Of a DNA stretch of 32,000 nt, positions 8,439 to 17,350 are shown in pieces (the stretch's first letter is position 1; each line of letters begins with the position of its first letter). Origin of the DNA: Candidatus Harpocratesius repetitus (GTDB taxonomy: Archaea > Asgardarchaeota > Lokiarchaeia > Sigyniarchaeales > Promethearchaeaceae); the NCBI GenBank assembly GCA_021498095.1, contig JAIZWK010000001.1, forward strand, positions 2,670,001-2,702,000. The letters run 5' to 3'. The position numbers and the translations under genes were made by a program. Under the pieces are notes generated by a model. The model worked only from the letters and a program-made list of their open reading frames with translations. It was not told the origin of the DNA and did not search any database.

Positions 8439-9371
8439 TTGATTCGCATGAGTCGATCTATTCATAAGTATTTTATTGGTTTGAGCCTGCTGGCTTTATT
8501 AGTTTTTTCCATTCATCCTATTTCCGCATCAGCAGCCTCAGATAAAAATATTAGCATTCAAAATGATTACATTGCTTTGAAAATTACAGGCGGCCAAAAT
8601 GTACCACAGTATTCTTTTTGGGCTGTAAACAATAATGACACAAAATATCAAGTAAAATTCAACAGATTATTCGAAGTTGTTGATGAAAATGATAATGGTG
8701 TATATGATAAAGGAACAGATAGTATGGTTCCACGTTCAAATGAAGCGCTACCATCATTCACCTGGGATTTTTCAGACATTGTAGATGAAAATGGAATAAT
8801 AAAGTTCAATATTACAAGCGTTAACGGAGAATTCATGATCCAATTCCGAAATTACCTCGATTCAAATAAAGCAGAGTTAAAATTTGATATAATTATTGAT
8901 AATTATAGCTTCGTAAATGATGAGCCAAATGTATTACTAGTTTTGGGATTTCATTTAATGGGAGATAAAGAACCTGTAGTTCTAGCACAAAATACTGTTA
9001 AATTCGGATCTGATGGTTATTTTGGTAGTGCTCCAAGTGCCACTATTGTTAACTCTTCTTCTTCAAATTCGACTAGCAATATTCCTGAGACTACCATTCC
9101 AAATGCTGCAAATACATTAGATGATAATTCTACTTCAGAAGAGACTACAATTGGTGTAAAAATGAGTGAAGCCGATGAAGAAGGTAATCCTATGGCATTT
9201 TTAGCATTTGAACATTTTAATGGTCGATTAGAATATGATCCAACAATAGGCTTAGCAGATGATAGTACTAATTCTGAATTATTATCAGTTCCTGGATATC
9301 CCATGTTGGGTTTTACTTTGATTGTATTAACTGGTGTCTTTTTCTTAATAATGAAGAAATTCAAAAGATAA
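8439..9371 (+). CDS. Secreted surface protein of unknown function with C-terminal VPGY-TM-basic sorting tail (Loki-CTERM/PGF-CTERM-like); likely start is the ATG at 8448
   Basis: Signal peptide (KYFIGLSLLALLVFSIHPISASA), beta-rich body, Ser/Thr/Asn-rich insert, and C-terminal VPGYPMLGFTLIVLTGVFFLIMKKFKR. Confidence 0.85.
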   Translation: MIRMSRSIHKYFIGLSLLALLVFSIHPISASAASDKNISIQNDYIALKITGGQNVPQYSFWAVNNNDTKYQVKFNRLFEVVDENDNGVYDKGTDSMVPRSNEALPSFTWDFSDIVDENGIIKFNITSVNGEFMIQFRNYLDSNKAELKFDIIIDNYSFVNDEPNVLLVLGFHLMGDKEPVVLAQNTVKFGSDGYFGSAPSATIVNSSSSNSTSNIPETTIPNAANTLDDNSTSEETTIGVKMSEADEEGNPMAFLAFEHFNGRLEYDPTIGLADDSTNSELLSVPGYPMLGFTLIVLTGVFFLIMKKFKR

Positions 9372-9392
9372 TAATTATAGAGACGATGGTTT

Positions 9393-9440
9393 TTTTCCAT
9401 TTTTTTCCTACATTTTTCCATTTTTTTCCTACATTTTTCC
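9393..9440 (+). repeat. 21-bp pyrimidine-rich tandem repeat (2 perfect copies plus a partial) downstream of the surface-protein gene; probable multiple terminator
   Basis: ttttccatttttttcctacat at 9393-9413 and 9414-9434, then ttttcc followed by a T7 tract. Confidence 0.85.
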
Positions 9441-9521
9441 TTTTTTTCGGTAAATCAATCATATCAGCATGCAAGAACTGTTATTAAGAAAAATTTTTAT
9501 TTTGGATAGTTAAATATATAT

Positions 9522-10955
9522 ATGGAACAATCACCTCAAAATATTTCGACAAATCAATCTCTAAATACTAATAAAGAATCAAAAAATCCCGTACCGTTGA
9601 AATTGAACCTTGGTTTTTCGATCGGGGAAATTCCTGATATGATTGCATACCAAGGATTTTCATTTCTTATTTTCACTTTCTATTCAGTAGTAATTCAGCT
9701 GGATATTTCAAAAATAACTGTTGTTTTTATAATTTGGTCGATTATAAATGCATTTAATGATCCAATCTTAGGTGCTTTATCAGATAAAACCAGAACGACA
9801 AAATTAACAGGTGGAAGACGGCGTCCTTGGATAGTTTCTATGATTTTGCCTTTACCTCTGGTAATGGTATTTTTATTTACACCAATTCAGACATCTCCGA
9901 TTGCCACTGCCATTTATATGGCAATGATTATGATTCTTTTTGATACATTTTACACGACATATTCGCTGAATCATACATCACTTTATCCAGAAATGTTTCA
10001 AGCAAATGCTGCACGTGAGCAAGTCGGTTTTACACGTCGAACAATAATGATTGTTGGATTGTTAATTGCTTTTGTTCTTCCAGGAGTTATTATTGATAAT
10101 TTAGTAGGAACAGATCAAACCACTAAAAATCAATATATTTTATGTGGAGCAGTATTTGGTATTTTAATATTCATTTTCATGCTAATTCATATTAAATATG
10201 GAATAAAGGAGCCCAAATTAGAGGAAATGAAACTCCGACAAGCTTTTTCTTTAAAAGAATCGCTTAAACACACTTTAACAAATAAAGATTTCTTATTAAT
10301 TGTATTCTGCTCTACTATGAATTGGTACGTATTTGGACTTATTCCAATGATATTACCTATCTATGCCAGTGCTAATTTTCAATTGGATCAAAGTTCTTTT
10401 GAAACAAGTCTACTTTTAATTGTAGCATTTTTGTCTTCAGTGCCAGGAGTATTTTTCTGGTCTAAAATAGATGGTAAATTTGGGAGTCGGAAGGCATTTA
10501 TGTTCTCTCATCTTTTATGGATTGCTTCTTTTATTCCTTTATTATTTATCCAGTCCTATCCACTTTGCTTGATAAACATGGTTTTCATCGGTTTTGGGTT
10601 AGGAGGTGCACCATATTTTATTGATCGGAATATTTCAAATATTGCAGATCAAGATGAATTATTTACGAAACAGAGGAGAGAAGCATCATTTTATGGTGTT
10701 CACGCAATATTCATCCGTTTGGCAGGAATTTTACAGATATTGAGTATCAATATCATTTTTTCATATAATGGGTGGGAGCAAGTATCATTAGATAATCCCA
10801 CATATGAGCAGAAATTAGGATTACGATTGTTAATGTCTATTTTCCCTGCAATTGCACTATTAATCGGCTTATTTTTCTTGTGGAAATTTCCTTTAACAAA
10901 AGAAAAAGTAAAGAAGAATCAAGAGCAAAGAAAAACTCTCAAAATTGGAGAATAA
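9522..10955 (+). CDS. MFS transporter, GPH/MelB-like sugar:cation symporter
   Basis: About 12 hydrophobic segments; NDPILGALSDKTRTT...GRRRPW motif; ADQDE...REASFYG motif typical of the GPH family. Confidence 0.9.
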   Translation: MEQSPQNISTNQSLNTNKESKNPVPLKLNLGFSIGEIPDMIAYQGFSFLIFTFYSVVIQLDISKITVVFIIWSIINAFNDPILGALSDKTRTTKLTGGRRRPWIVSMILPLPLVMVFLFTPIQTSPIATAIYMAMIMILFDTFYTTYSLNHTSLYPEMFQANAAREQVGFTRRTIMIVGLLIAFVLPGVIIDNLVGTDQTTKNQYILCGAVFGILIFIFMLIHIKYGIKEPKLEEMKLRQAFSLKESLKHTLTNKDFLLIVFCSTMNWYVFGLIPMILPIYASANFQLDQSSFETSLLLIVAFLSSVPGVFFWSKIDGKFGSRKAFMFSHLLWIASFIPLLFIQSYPLCLINMVFIGFGLGGAPYFIDRNISNIADQDELFTKQRREASFYGVHAIFIRLAGILQILSINIIFSYNGWEQVSLDNPTYEQKLGLRLLMSIFPAIALLIGLFFLWKFPLTKEKVKKNQEQRKTLKIGE

Positions 10956-10982
10956 AGAGAAATCAAACGGAGATTAAAAAGA

Positions 10983-12125
10983 ATGGCAGATAAAATTAAA
11001 ATGGGAATAATAGGATTAGGTCGTATCAGTACCCTTCATTTAGAAGCTTATCGTGAGAAACATGGTTTAAATGCAGAGCTGGTTGCAATTTGTGATAAAA
11101 ACAAAAAAAGATTAAAAGAAATCTCCGATGAATTTAATATTCCAGAAGAAAATTGTTTTACTGATTATGAAGATTTGTTAAAGTTTAATCAAGTGGATGC
11201 TGTTGAAATTCTTTTACCCCATAATCTTCATGAAAAGGTAACAATAGCGGCAGCAAAAGCAGGAAAACATATTTCTCTTCAAAAAGTCCCTGCCATGACA
11301 CTAAGTCAAATGGATCATATGATAAATGCTACCCGAGAAAATAAAGTTCAATTTCGAGTATTTGAAAATTTTCGGTTTCATGAGCCCTATGTAAAAGCCA
11401 TGAAAATGATTGAAGAAGGTGTAATTGGAGAAACTACTAGAATCGATTACCGAATGTATGCTGGCTATCAAACTTTGGGTGGATGGGAAGTTCCTATGAA
11501 ATCTAATTTATGGAGATTAACTGAGAAAGCAAATTATAAATCACCTACGATTTTTGATGATGGTTATCATAAACATTCAGTTATTTCTTGGATGCTTCAA
11601 GAGCCAATTGAGTCGATTATTGCTTGGGTTGGAAAATACCAAATAAAATTAGGTGGTCTTCCAACTCCCATTTTTTGGGATAGTCCATCAAATATAACTT
11701 ATATATGTAAAAATAAATCTCATTACGCAACTTGGAGTCAACATCTTCAAGATTTTTTCCCAATGCATACAGATTATTATAATTGCGACGAATATATGGA
11801 TATAATCGGTGAAAAAGGTGCAATTTTCATTCCTGGTTGCACAGGAAGTTGGTTTAAAACATGTGAAGTAGGTCCTGGAAAGGAAGGTATTCATTGGTGC
11901 ACTGAAGATGGAAAATGGCACAGTGATACTTCTATGAATTCAGATTGGCAACAATCATTCATAAATTGCTCAAAACACTTTATTGAAAGTTTGCGCACAG
12001 ATAAAACTCCACAATTAACTCCTGAAGATGCACGTTACATCCTCCAAATTGCTTTAGCAGCGGTAAAATCCAGCAGAGAACATTATAGGGAGGTAAAATT
12101 GAAAGAAATAAAGGATGGAATTTAA
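10983..12125 (+). CDS. Gfo/Idh/MocA family oxidoreductase
   Basis: IGLGRIS nucleotide-binding start, DAVEILLPHNLH, QKVP at the usual EKP position, ENFRF, and DDGYH. Confidence 0.9.
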   Translation: MADKIKMGIIGLGRISTLHLEAYREKHGLNAELVAICDKNKKRLKEISDEFNIPEENCFTDYEDLLKFNQVDAVEILLPHNLHEKVTIAAAKAGKHISLQKVPAMTLSQMDHMINATRENKVQFRVFENFRFHEPYVKAMKMIEEGVIGETTRIDYRMYAGYQTLGGWEVPMKSNLWRLTEKANYKSPTIFDDGYHKHSVISWMLQEPIESIIAWVGKYQIKLGGLPTPIFWDSPSNITYICKNKSHYATWSQHLQDFFPMHTDYYNCDEYMDIIGEKGAIFIPGCTGSWFKTCEVGPGKEGIHWCTEDGKWHSDTSMNSDWQQSFINCSKHFIESLRTDKTPQLTPEDARYILQIALAAVKSSREHYREVKLKEIKDGI

Positions 12126-12202
12126 TCAGTGGATAAAAACAATTTTTTTTGCAATCATTTAATAATTTAGTAGTTTACTACATTTAGCACATTTAGTGTT
12201 AG

Positions 12203-13900
12203 TTAATTAATTTTTCTATGTGTATTTTCAAAAATTGCACCAAATTTAGCACTTGATACAATTCTCGGATATAAAAATAGAAAACCCTTGTTATTCTTTA
12301 TAGGAGGGCGTTTCCATTTTGCTTTTCTCTCTTCTAATTCTTGTTCTGAAATAAGAATATTCAATTTTCTGTTTGGAATGTCAATTTCTATTTGATCACC
12401 ATCTTTAACCAAAGCAATAGGTCCTCCTTCATATGCTTCAGGACATACATGCCCAATACATGGCCCTCGGCTTGCACCACTATATCTACCATCTGTAATC
12501 ATTGCTACTGAATCTCCTAATCCCATTCCAATTAATAACGCAGCTGGAATTGACATTTCTCTCATACCAGGCGATCCTTTAGGACCTTCATAAATTATAA
12601 CTAAAATATCTCCCGGATTGACTTTTTTTGACAATAAAGCATCTCGTACTTCTTCTTCAGAATGAAAAACTTTTGCAATCCCTGTATATTTTAGCATTTT
12701 GGGGTGAACCCCGCTTTCTTTGACAATACAACCTTCTGGTGCTAGATTTCCTTTCAATACTGCAATTCCTCCATGATCAGAAATTGGATTATTTAAAGGT
12801 GCAATAAGTGAAGACGATTGTGACTTTTCACTCTGTGATTGGGTATAAATAGATATATTCTCTTTGAGTGTCGTACCAAGAATAGTAAGACAATTAAGAT
12901 GAAGTAAAGGAGATAATTCTTTTAAAATGGCCATGATGCCTCCAGATTCATGAAACTTTGTTATAGTTAATGGAGATGAAGGTTTTAATTTTATCAATAA
13001 TGGGGTTTCATCTGAAAAATTACCTATTTTAAAATGATCCCAATCAATATCAAGTTCATGTGCAAATGCCAAGCTATGAAGAACCAAGTTGGAAGAACCA
13101 CCTATTGCTAAAGCCAACCGAATGGCATTTTCAAGAGATTTTATGTTAACAATTCTAGTTATTGTAATTTGCTTTTTTATCAAATCCATTATTATGTTTC
13201 CAATTTTTGAAGTCAATTCCAACTGTTCTTGACTTAGAGCTGTAATTAACGCAGAATTGGGGATGGACAAGCCCAGAGCTTCAATCATAGATGCCATAGT
13301 GTTTGCGGTTCCCATCATATTACACGCTCCAGCAGAACAAGTATTTTCAATTATTAAGTTTAGGTCATTTTCACTTAAATCACCTACATTCCATCTACCT
13401 ATAGCCTCTTTGATATCAGAAGTAACAAATTCACCCAATTTAGGAATGTTACAAGGTTTCATAATCCCTCCAGTAAAAAATACGGTTGGTAAATTACATC
13501 TAATGGCTCCCATTAACATACCTGGAATAATTTTATCACATGATGCAATACAGATTAAAGCATCAAATCCTTGTGCCATTACTTGAGCTTCAACTGAAGC
13601 TGCAATTAATTCTCGGGAAGGTAATACATATTTACTTCGATCTCCATTATTTGCAATTCCATCACAAATACCTATTGTATTAAATTGCATAGGAGTTCCA
13701 CCTGCTTTTTTTACTGAAGAAGCAATTAAATTTCCAAGTTTTTGCAGATGAACATGACCCGGATTCATAGTGTTATATGAATTAGCAATTGCAATTAATG
13801 GTTTTTGCAGATCTGAAGGAGAATATCCGCATCCATGATAAAGTGCGCGTTTATATGCATTTTCAGGTATTAATTTTATAGGCATTTTGATGGTCGCCAA
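12203..13900 (-). CDS. ilvD: Dihydroxy-acid dehydratase family (IlvD/Edd) Fe-S dehydratase; start at TTG 13900 or ATG 13885
   Basis: [47 protein letters not shown] and TDGRYSGA motifs. The family is secure; the exact substrate is not. Confidence 0.85.
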   Translation of the reverse strand: MATIKMPIKLIPENAYKRALYHGCGYSPSDLQKPLIAIANSYNTMNPGHVHLQKLGNLIASSVKKAGGTPMQFNTIGICDGIANNGDRSKYVLPSRELIAASVEAQVMAQGFDALICIASCDKIIPGMLMGAIRCNLPTVFFTGGIMKPCNIPKLGEFVTSDIKEAIGRWNVGDLSENDLNLIIENTCSAGACNMMGTANTMASMIEALGLSIPNSALITALSQEQLELTSKIGNIIMDLIKKQITITRIVNIKSLENAIRLALAIGGSSNLVLHSLAFAHELDIDWDHFKIGNFSDETPLLIKLKPSSPLTITKFHESGGIMAILKELSPLLHLNCLTILGTTLKENISIYTQSQSEKSQSSSLIAPLNNPISDHGGIAVLKGNLAPEGCIVKESGVHPKMLKYTGIAKVFHSEEEVRDALLSKKVNPGDILVIIYEGPKGSPGMREMSIPAALLIGMGLGDSVAMITDGRYSGASRGPCIGHVCPEAYEGGPIALVKDGDQIEIDIPNRKLNILISEQELEERKAKWKRPPIKNNKGFLFLYPRIVSSAKFGAIFENTHRKIN

Positions 13901-13979
13901 AATTCTTTATTATAGAATAATGTTTAGTAGTGATTCACCTTATTAGTAATAAAATTAAAATAATAAATGCTAGCTTATT

Positions 13980-15893
13980 TTGGAGATGAGATATTTGAGT
14001 AAGAACCCAATAAAAACGCCTTCAATATCATCTAAAGAATCAAAAACAGAAAGTAAAAAAATAAACACTGTTAAACCTGTAAAAACTGGTGGAGAATTAA
14101 TTGTTGAGTATTTAATCCAAGAAGGTGTTCCTTATGTGTTTGGAATTCCCGGTCATGGATCCTTAGGTCTTACAGATGCTTTTTACCGGAACAAAGAAAA
14201 GATCAAAGTTATCCAACCAAAACAAGAAATGGCAGGCGTTCATATGGCTGTGGGCTATTTTCGAGTTTGTGGAAAACCATTAGCAGTATTCACAAGTATT
14301 GGCCCTGGTGGAATTAATACTGCTATTGGATTAGCCGATGCTTTCGTTGATTCGATGCCTGTGTTAGTAATCACTGGAGATACTCATGTTCACATGCGTG
14401 GAGTAGGAGTATTACAAGAAATTGAGCGAAAAAAAGATAGTAATTTTCCTAAAATTTTAGAACCGATCGTTAAACGGCAGTTTGAATTAGCTCATGTTAA
14501 TCAGATCCCAAAAGTAATGCAACGTGCATTTAATTTCATGATGACAGGGCGTCGTGGTCCTGTACATATCGATCTTCCAATGGATATTCAATGTGCCCCA
14601 TGCAATCTATTATTACCAAAGCCAATTAAACGTAGAACTACGGCTCGTCAACGGGGTGATTCTCAATTAATCAAAGAAGCAGCCTCAATGTTGATGAAAG
14701 CAAAAAGACCTGTTTTATGGATGGGAGGAGGTGTCGTTTCTTCTGAAGCATTTAATGAAGTTAAATTACTGGCAGAATTCATTGGAATGCCCGTTTTGGC
14801 TTCAATGATGGCTCAAGATGCCTTTCCTAACGATCATCCTTTATTTGCCTATTCAACTGGTTCAAAAGGAACTAAATGCGGAATCCATATTTCTCGGTCT
14901 GCAGATGTCGTATTAGCTCTTGGAACACGATTTGCAGATGAATCTACTTGCTCATATAAAAAAGGAATCGCTTGGAACTTTGGTCCAAATGAAAATGACA
15001 CACGTCTTATTCAAGTAGATATAGACCCTCATGAAATTGGGAAGAATTATCCTGTTGATATTGGAATTCTTGGTGATATTAAAGCAGTTGTTGCGGAATT
15101 ACTTACATACTTGAAGAATAATTTTAAAGCGAAAGATTACGAAAAAACGGAATATTTTGCTGAGCTTCAAAAGTATCGAGACGAATGGAAACAATTTATA
15201 AACGAATGGGCGAAACCAGAAATTGAACCTGTTATGATTTCCTGCGTATTGAAGGAGCTGCGCGCATTTCTTAATAGAGATGCTATTGTAGTTACTTCTT
15301 CTGGAAATGTTCAAGCGCAGATCATCCAAGAATTCGAATTTTATGAACCTCATACAAATATCACTGCAGGTGGTTTTTCTACTATGGGATTTGCGTTACC
15401 TGCTGCAATTGGAGCTAAATTAGCCGCTTCAGACAAACAAATCGTCGCATTAGCGGGTGATGGAGATTTTATGATGACAATGCAAGAATTACATACAGCA
15501 AAACAACTGAACTTAAATATCGTGATTATAATTTTGAATAACTCCGGTTGGATGGCGATCACCGATTTGCAACGCGCTGTATATGGTTTTGATAGATCTT
15601 ATGCCACAGAATTCTATGATCAAGATGGAAATATATATTCTCCAAATTTTTCAAAAATTGCTGAAGGATTTCACATTTGGAATACTAGAATCTCCAAGAA
15701 TTCTCAAATTGAACCAGCTTTAAAAGAAGCATTTGAACAAAAAGGTCCTGCAGTCATTGAAATAATTGTGAATAGAGATCCAAAATATAGTGGAAGCCCT
15801 GCTTGGGGTTGGTGGGATGTGCCCATTCCTGCTTATTTGGAGGATAAACGTAATAAATATGAAAAAGAAATTCTTGAAGAATCGTTGAACTAA
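13980..15893 (+). CDS. Thiamine pyrophosphate-dependent enzyme (ALS fold) with IolD-like signatures
   Basis: FGIPGHG, catalytic E in KQEMAG, SIGPG, GTRFAD, TPP motif GDGDFMMT...IIILNN, and C-terminal WWDVP. Likely start is the ATG at 13986. Confidence 0.88.
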   Translation: MEMRYLSKNPIKTPSISSKESKTESKKINTVKPVKTGGELIVEYLIQEGVPYVFGIPGHGSLGLTDAFYRNKEKIKVIQPKQEMAGVHMAVGYFRVCGKPLAVFTSIGPGGINTAIGLADAFVDSMPVLVITGDTHVHMRGVGVLQEIERKKDSNFPKILEPIVKRQFELAHVNQIPKVMQRAFNFMMTGRRGPVHIDLPMDIQCAPCNLLLPKPIKRRTTARQRGDSQLIKEAASMLMKAKRPVLWMGGGVVSSEAFNEVKLLAEFIGMPVLASMMAQDAFPNDHPLFAYSTGSKGTKCGIHISRSADVVLALGTRFADESTCSYKKGIAWNFGPNENDTRLIQVDIDPHEIGKNYPVDIGILGDIKAVVAELLTYLKNNFKAKDYEKTEYFAELQKYRDEWKQFINEWAKPEIEPVMISCVLKELRAFLNRDAIVVTSSGNVQAQIIQEFEFYEPHTNITAGGFSTMGFALPAAIGAKLAASDKQIVALAGDGDFMMTMQELHTAKQLNLNIVIIILNNSGWMAITDLQRAVYGFDRSYATEFYDQDGNIYSPNFSKIAEGFHIWNTRISKNSQIEPALKEAFEQKGPAVIEIIVNRDPKYSGSPAWGWWDVPIPAYLEDKRNKYEKEILEESLN

Positions 15894-16063
15894 TAAAACA
15901 GTTCTTTTTTTTCATAAGATTTCACTTTAATCTTTAATCTCTACGTTGCTCATTGGTAAAATATGATTAAAATGGATGATGAAGAAGTATATGAAAGTTA
16001 AGATAATGGAAATGGAAAAAAAGATAAAAAATAGACACGATATTTGAAATAACTTATCTAAAA

Positions 16064-17260
16064 TTATTTTTGGTAAGATTTCCAAACTTCTTCTAAATCA
16101 GGTCTGCGAATTGTTTCTTTGATATACTCGGCATATTCTTCGCCGGTTACACCTGTATCTCGACCGGTAATTTTCTTTTTACGTTCAAATTGAGCACAAA
16201 TATCTAAAGCCATTTCCAATTTCTTCGCTTTTTCTACAAAACCAATGTGGTTTAATAATAATGCAGTTGCTTTGATGATACTTGAAGGATCAGCATATTT
16301 TTCTCGACCTTCTTTAATCATTTTCAATGCAGAACCGTGAATGGCTTCAAACATTGCGTAACGTTTTCCAATGTTGGCACTACCAGCGGTTCCAACACCA
16401 CCCTGAATTTGACCACCTTCATCAGTGATAATATCACCATAAAGATTTGGAGCAACAAATACTCGGAATTGACTCTGACGGGCAGGATCAATCAATTTTG
16501 CAGTGGCAATGTCGATATACCAGTCGTCCCATTCAACTTGTGGATATTCTTTTGCGATTCTTTCAGCCATATCCAAGAATTTTCCATCTGTTGCTTTAAC
16601 TACATTTGCTTTTGTTATGACTGAAACTTTATTTATATTATTTTTAGCTGCATAATCAAATGCTAAACGGATAATTCGCTCTGCTCCTGGAGAGGTGATT
16701 ACTTTAAAGTCAATGGCTAAATCTTCATTAACATTTACACCTTTTGAACCTAAAACATAAGCACCTTCAGTATTTTCCCGGAAGAACATCCAATCGATAT
16801 TCTTTTCAGGTACTTTCACAGGACGCACATTTGCAAATAAATCTAAAGCACGACGCATGGCAACATTTGCACTTTCAATGTTTGGCCAAGGACTTCCTTT
16901 CCATGGAGTTGTTGTTGGACCTTTTAAAATAACATGACATTTCTTAATTTCTTCCAAAACATCATCAGGAATAGCTTTCATTACTTTTGCTCGATTTTCA
17001 ATGGTTAAACCTTCAATTTTGCGGATTTCGATTTTTCCACTTTTGATTTCTTCATCAAGCAAGAATTTTAGAATTTCAGAAGCGTGAGCTGTAATTGCAG
17101 GTCCAATTCCATCTCCACCACAAACACCAATTATAATTGGTTTTAATTTAGAATAATCGATCCAATCTCCTTCTTCTTTCATTTTTTTTACTCGAGCAAG
17201 TTGATCTCGGACCAATTCTTCGAAATGTTTAACGGCATTTTGAATTTCTTCTTCAGACAT
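16064..17260 (-). CDS. icd: Isocitrate/isopropylmalate dehydrogenase family protein; probably isocitrate dehydrogenase given its neighbours
   Basis: GGDGIGP, LKGPTTTP, FRENTEG, TKANVVK, DIATAKL, PNLYGDIITDE and FEAIHGSA motifs. Sits beside aconitase and ATP-citrate lyase. Confidence 0.8.
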   Translation of the reverse strand: MSEEEIQNAVKHFEELVRDQLARVKKMKEEGDWIDYSKLKPIIIGVCGGDGIGPAITAHASEILKFLLDEEIKSGKIEIRKIEGLTIENRAKVMKAIPDDVLEEIKKCHVILKGPTTTPWKGSPWPNIESANVAMRRALDLFANVRPVKVPEKNIDWMFFRENTEGAYVLGSKGVNVNEDLAIDFKVITSPGAERIIRLAFDYAAKNNINKVSVITKANVVKATDGKFLDMAERIAKEYPQVEWDDWYIDIATAKLIDPARQSQFRVFVAPNLYGDIITDEGGQIQGGVGTAGSANIGKRYAMFEAIHGSALKMIKEGREKYADPSSIIKATALLLNHIGFVEKAKKLEMALDICAQFERKKKITGRDTGVTGEEYAEYIKETIRRPDLEEVWKSYQK

Positions 17261-17350
17261 ATTTTATCACGGTTTTTTACTGATTGAAAAAAAATAGGTT
17301 ATTTATTAAAAAAAGAAAAATAATAGAGAGTTTTATTATATTATAATTAA

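Noticed and set aside
6450-9440. Short repeats as a possible CRISPR array
   Set aside because: They are head-to-tail tandem repeats with no unique spacers, and there are no cas genes.
12160-12202. gtagt-tt-actac mini-dyad and atttag repeats between the convergent oxidoreductase and ilvD genes
   Set aside because: Stem too short with a 2-nt loop. The adjacent T-tract is enough to explain termination, and the GTAG/CTAC likeness to the acn dyad is probably chance.
12203-15893. A standard ilvB-ilvD branched-chain amino acid operon
   Set aside because: Not excluded, but not adopted: the genes are divergent, no ilvH/ilvC is in the window, and the TPP enzyme has IolD-like rather than AHAS motifs.
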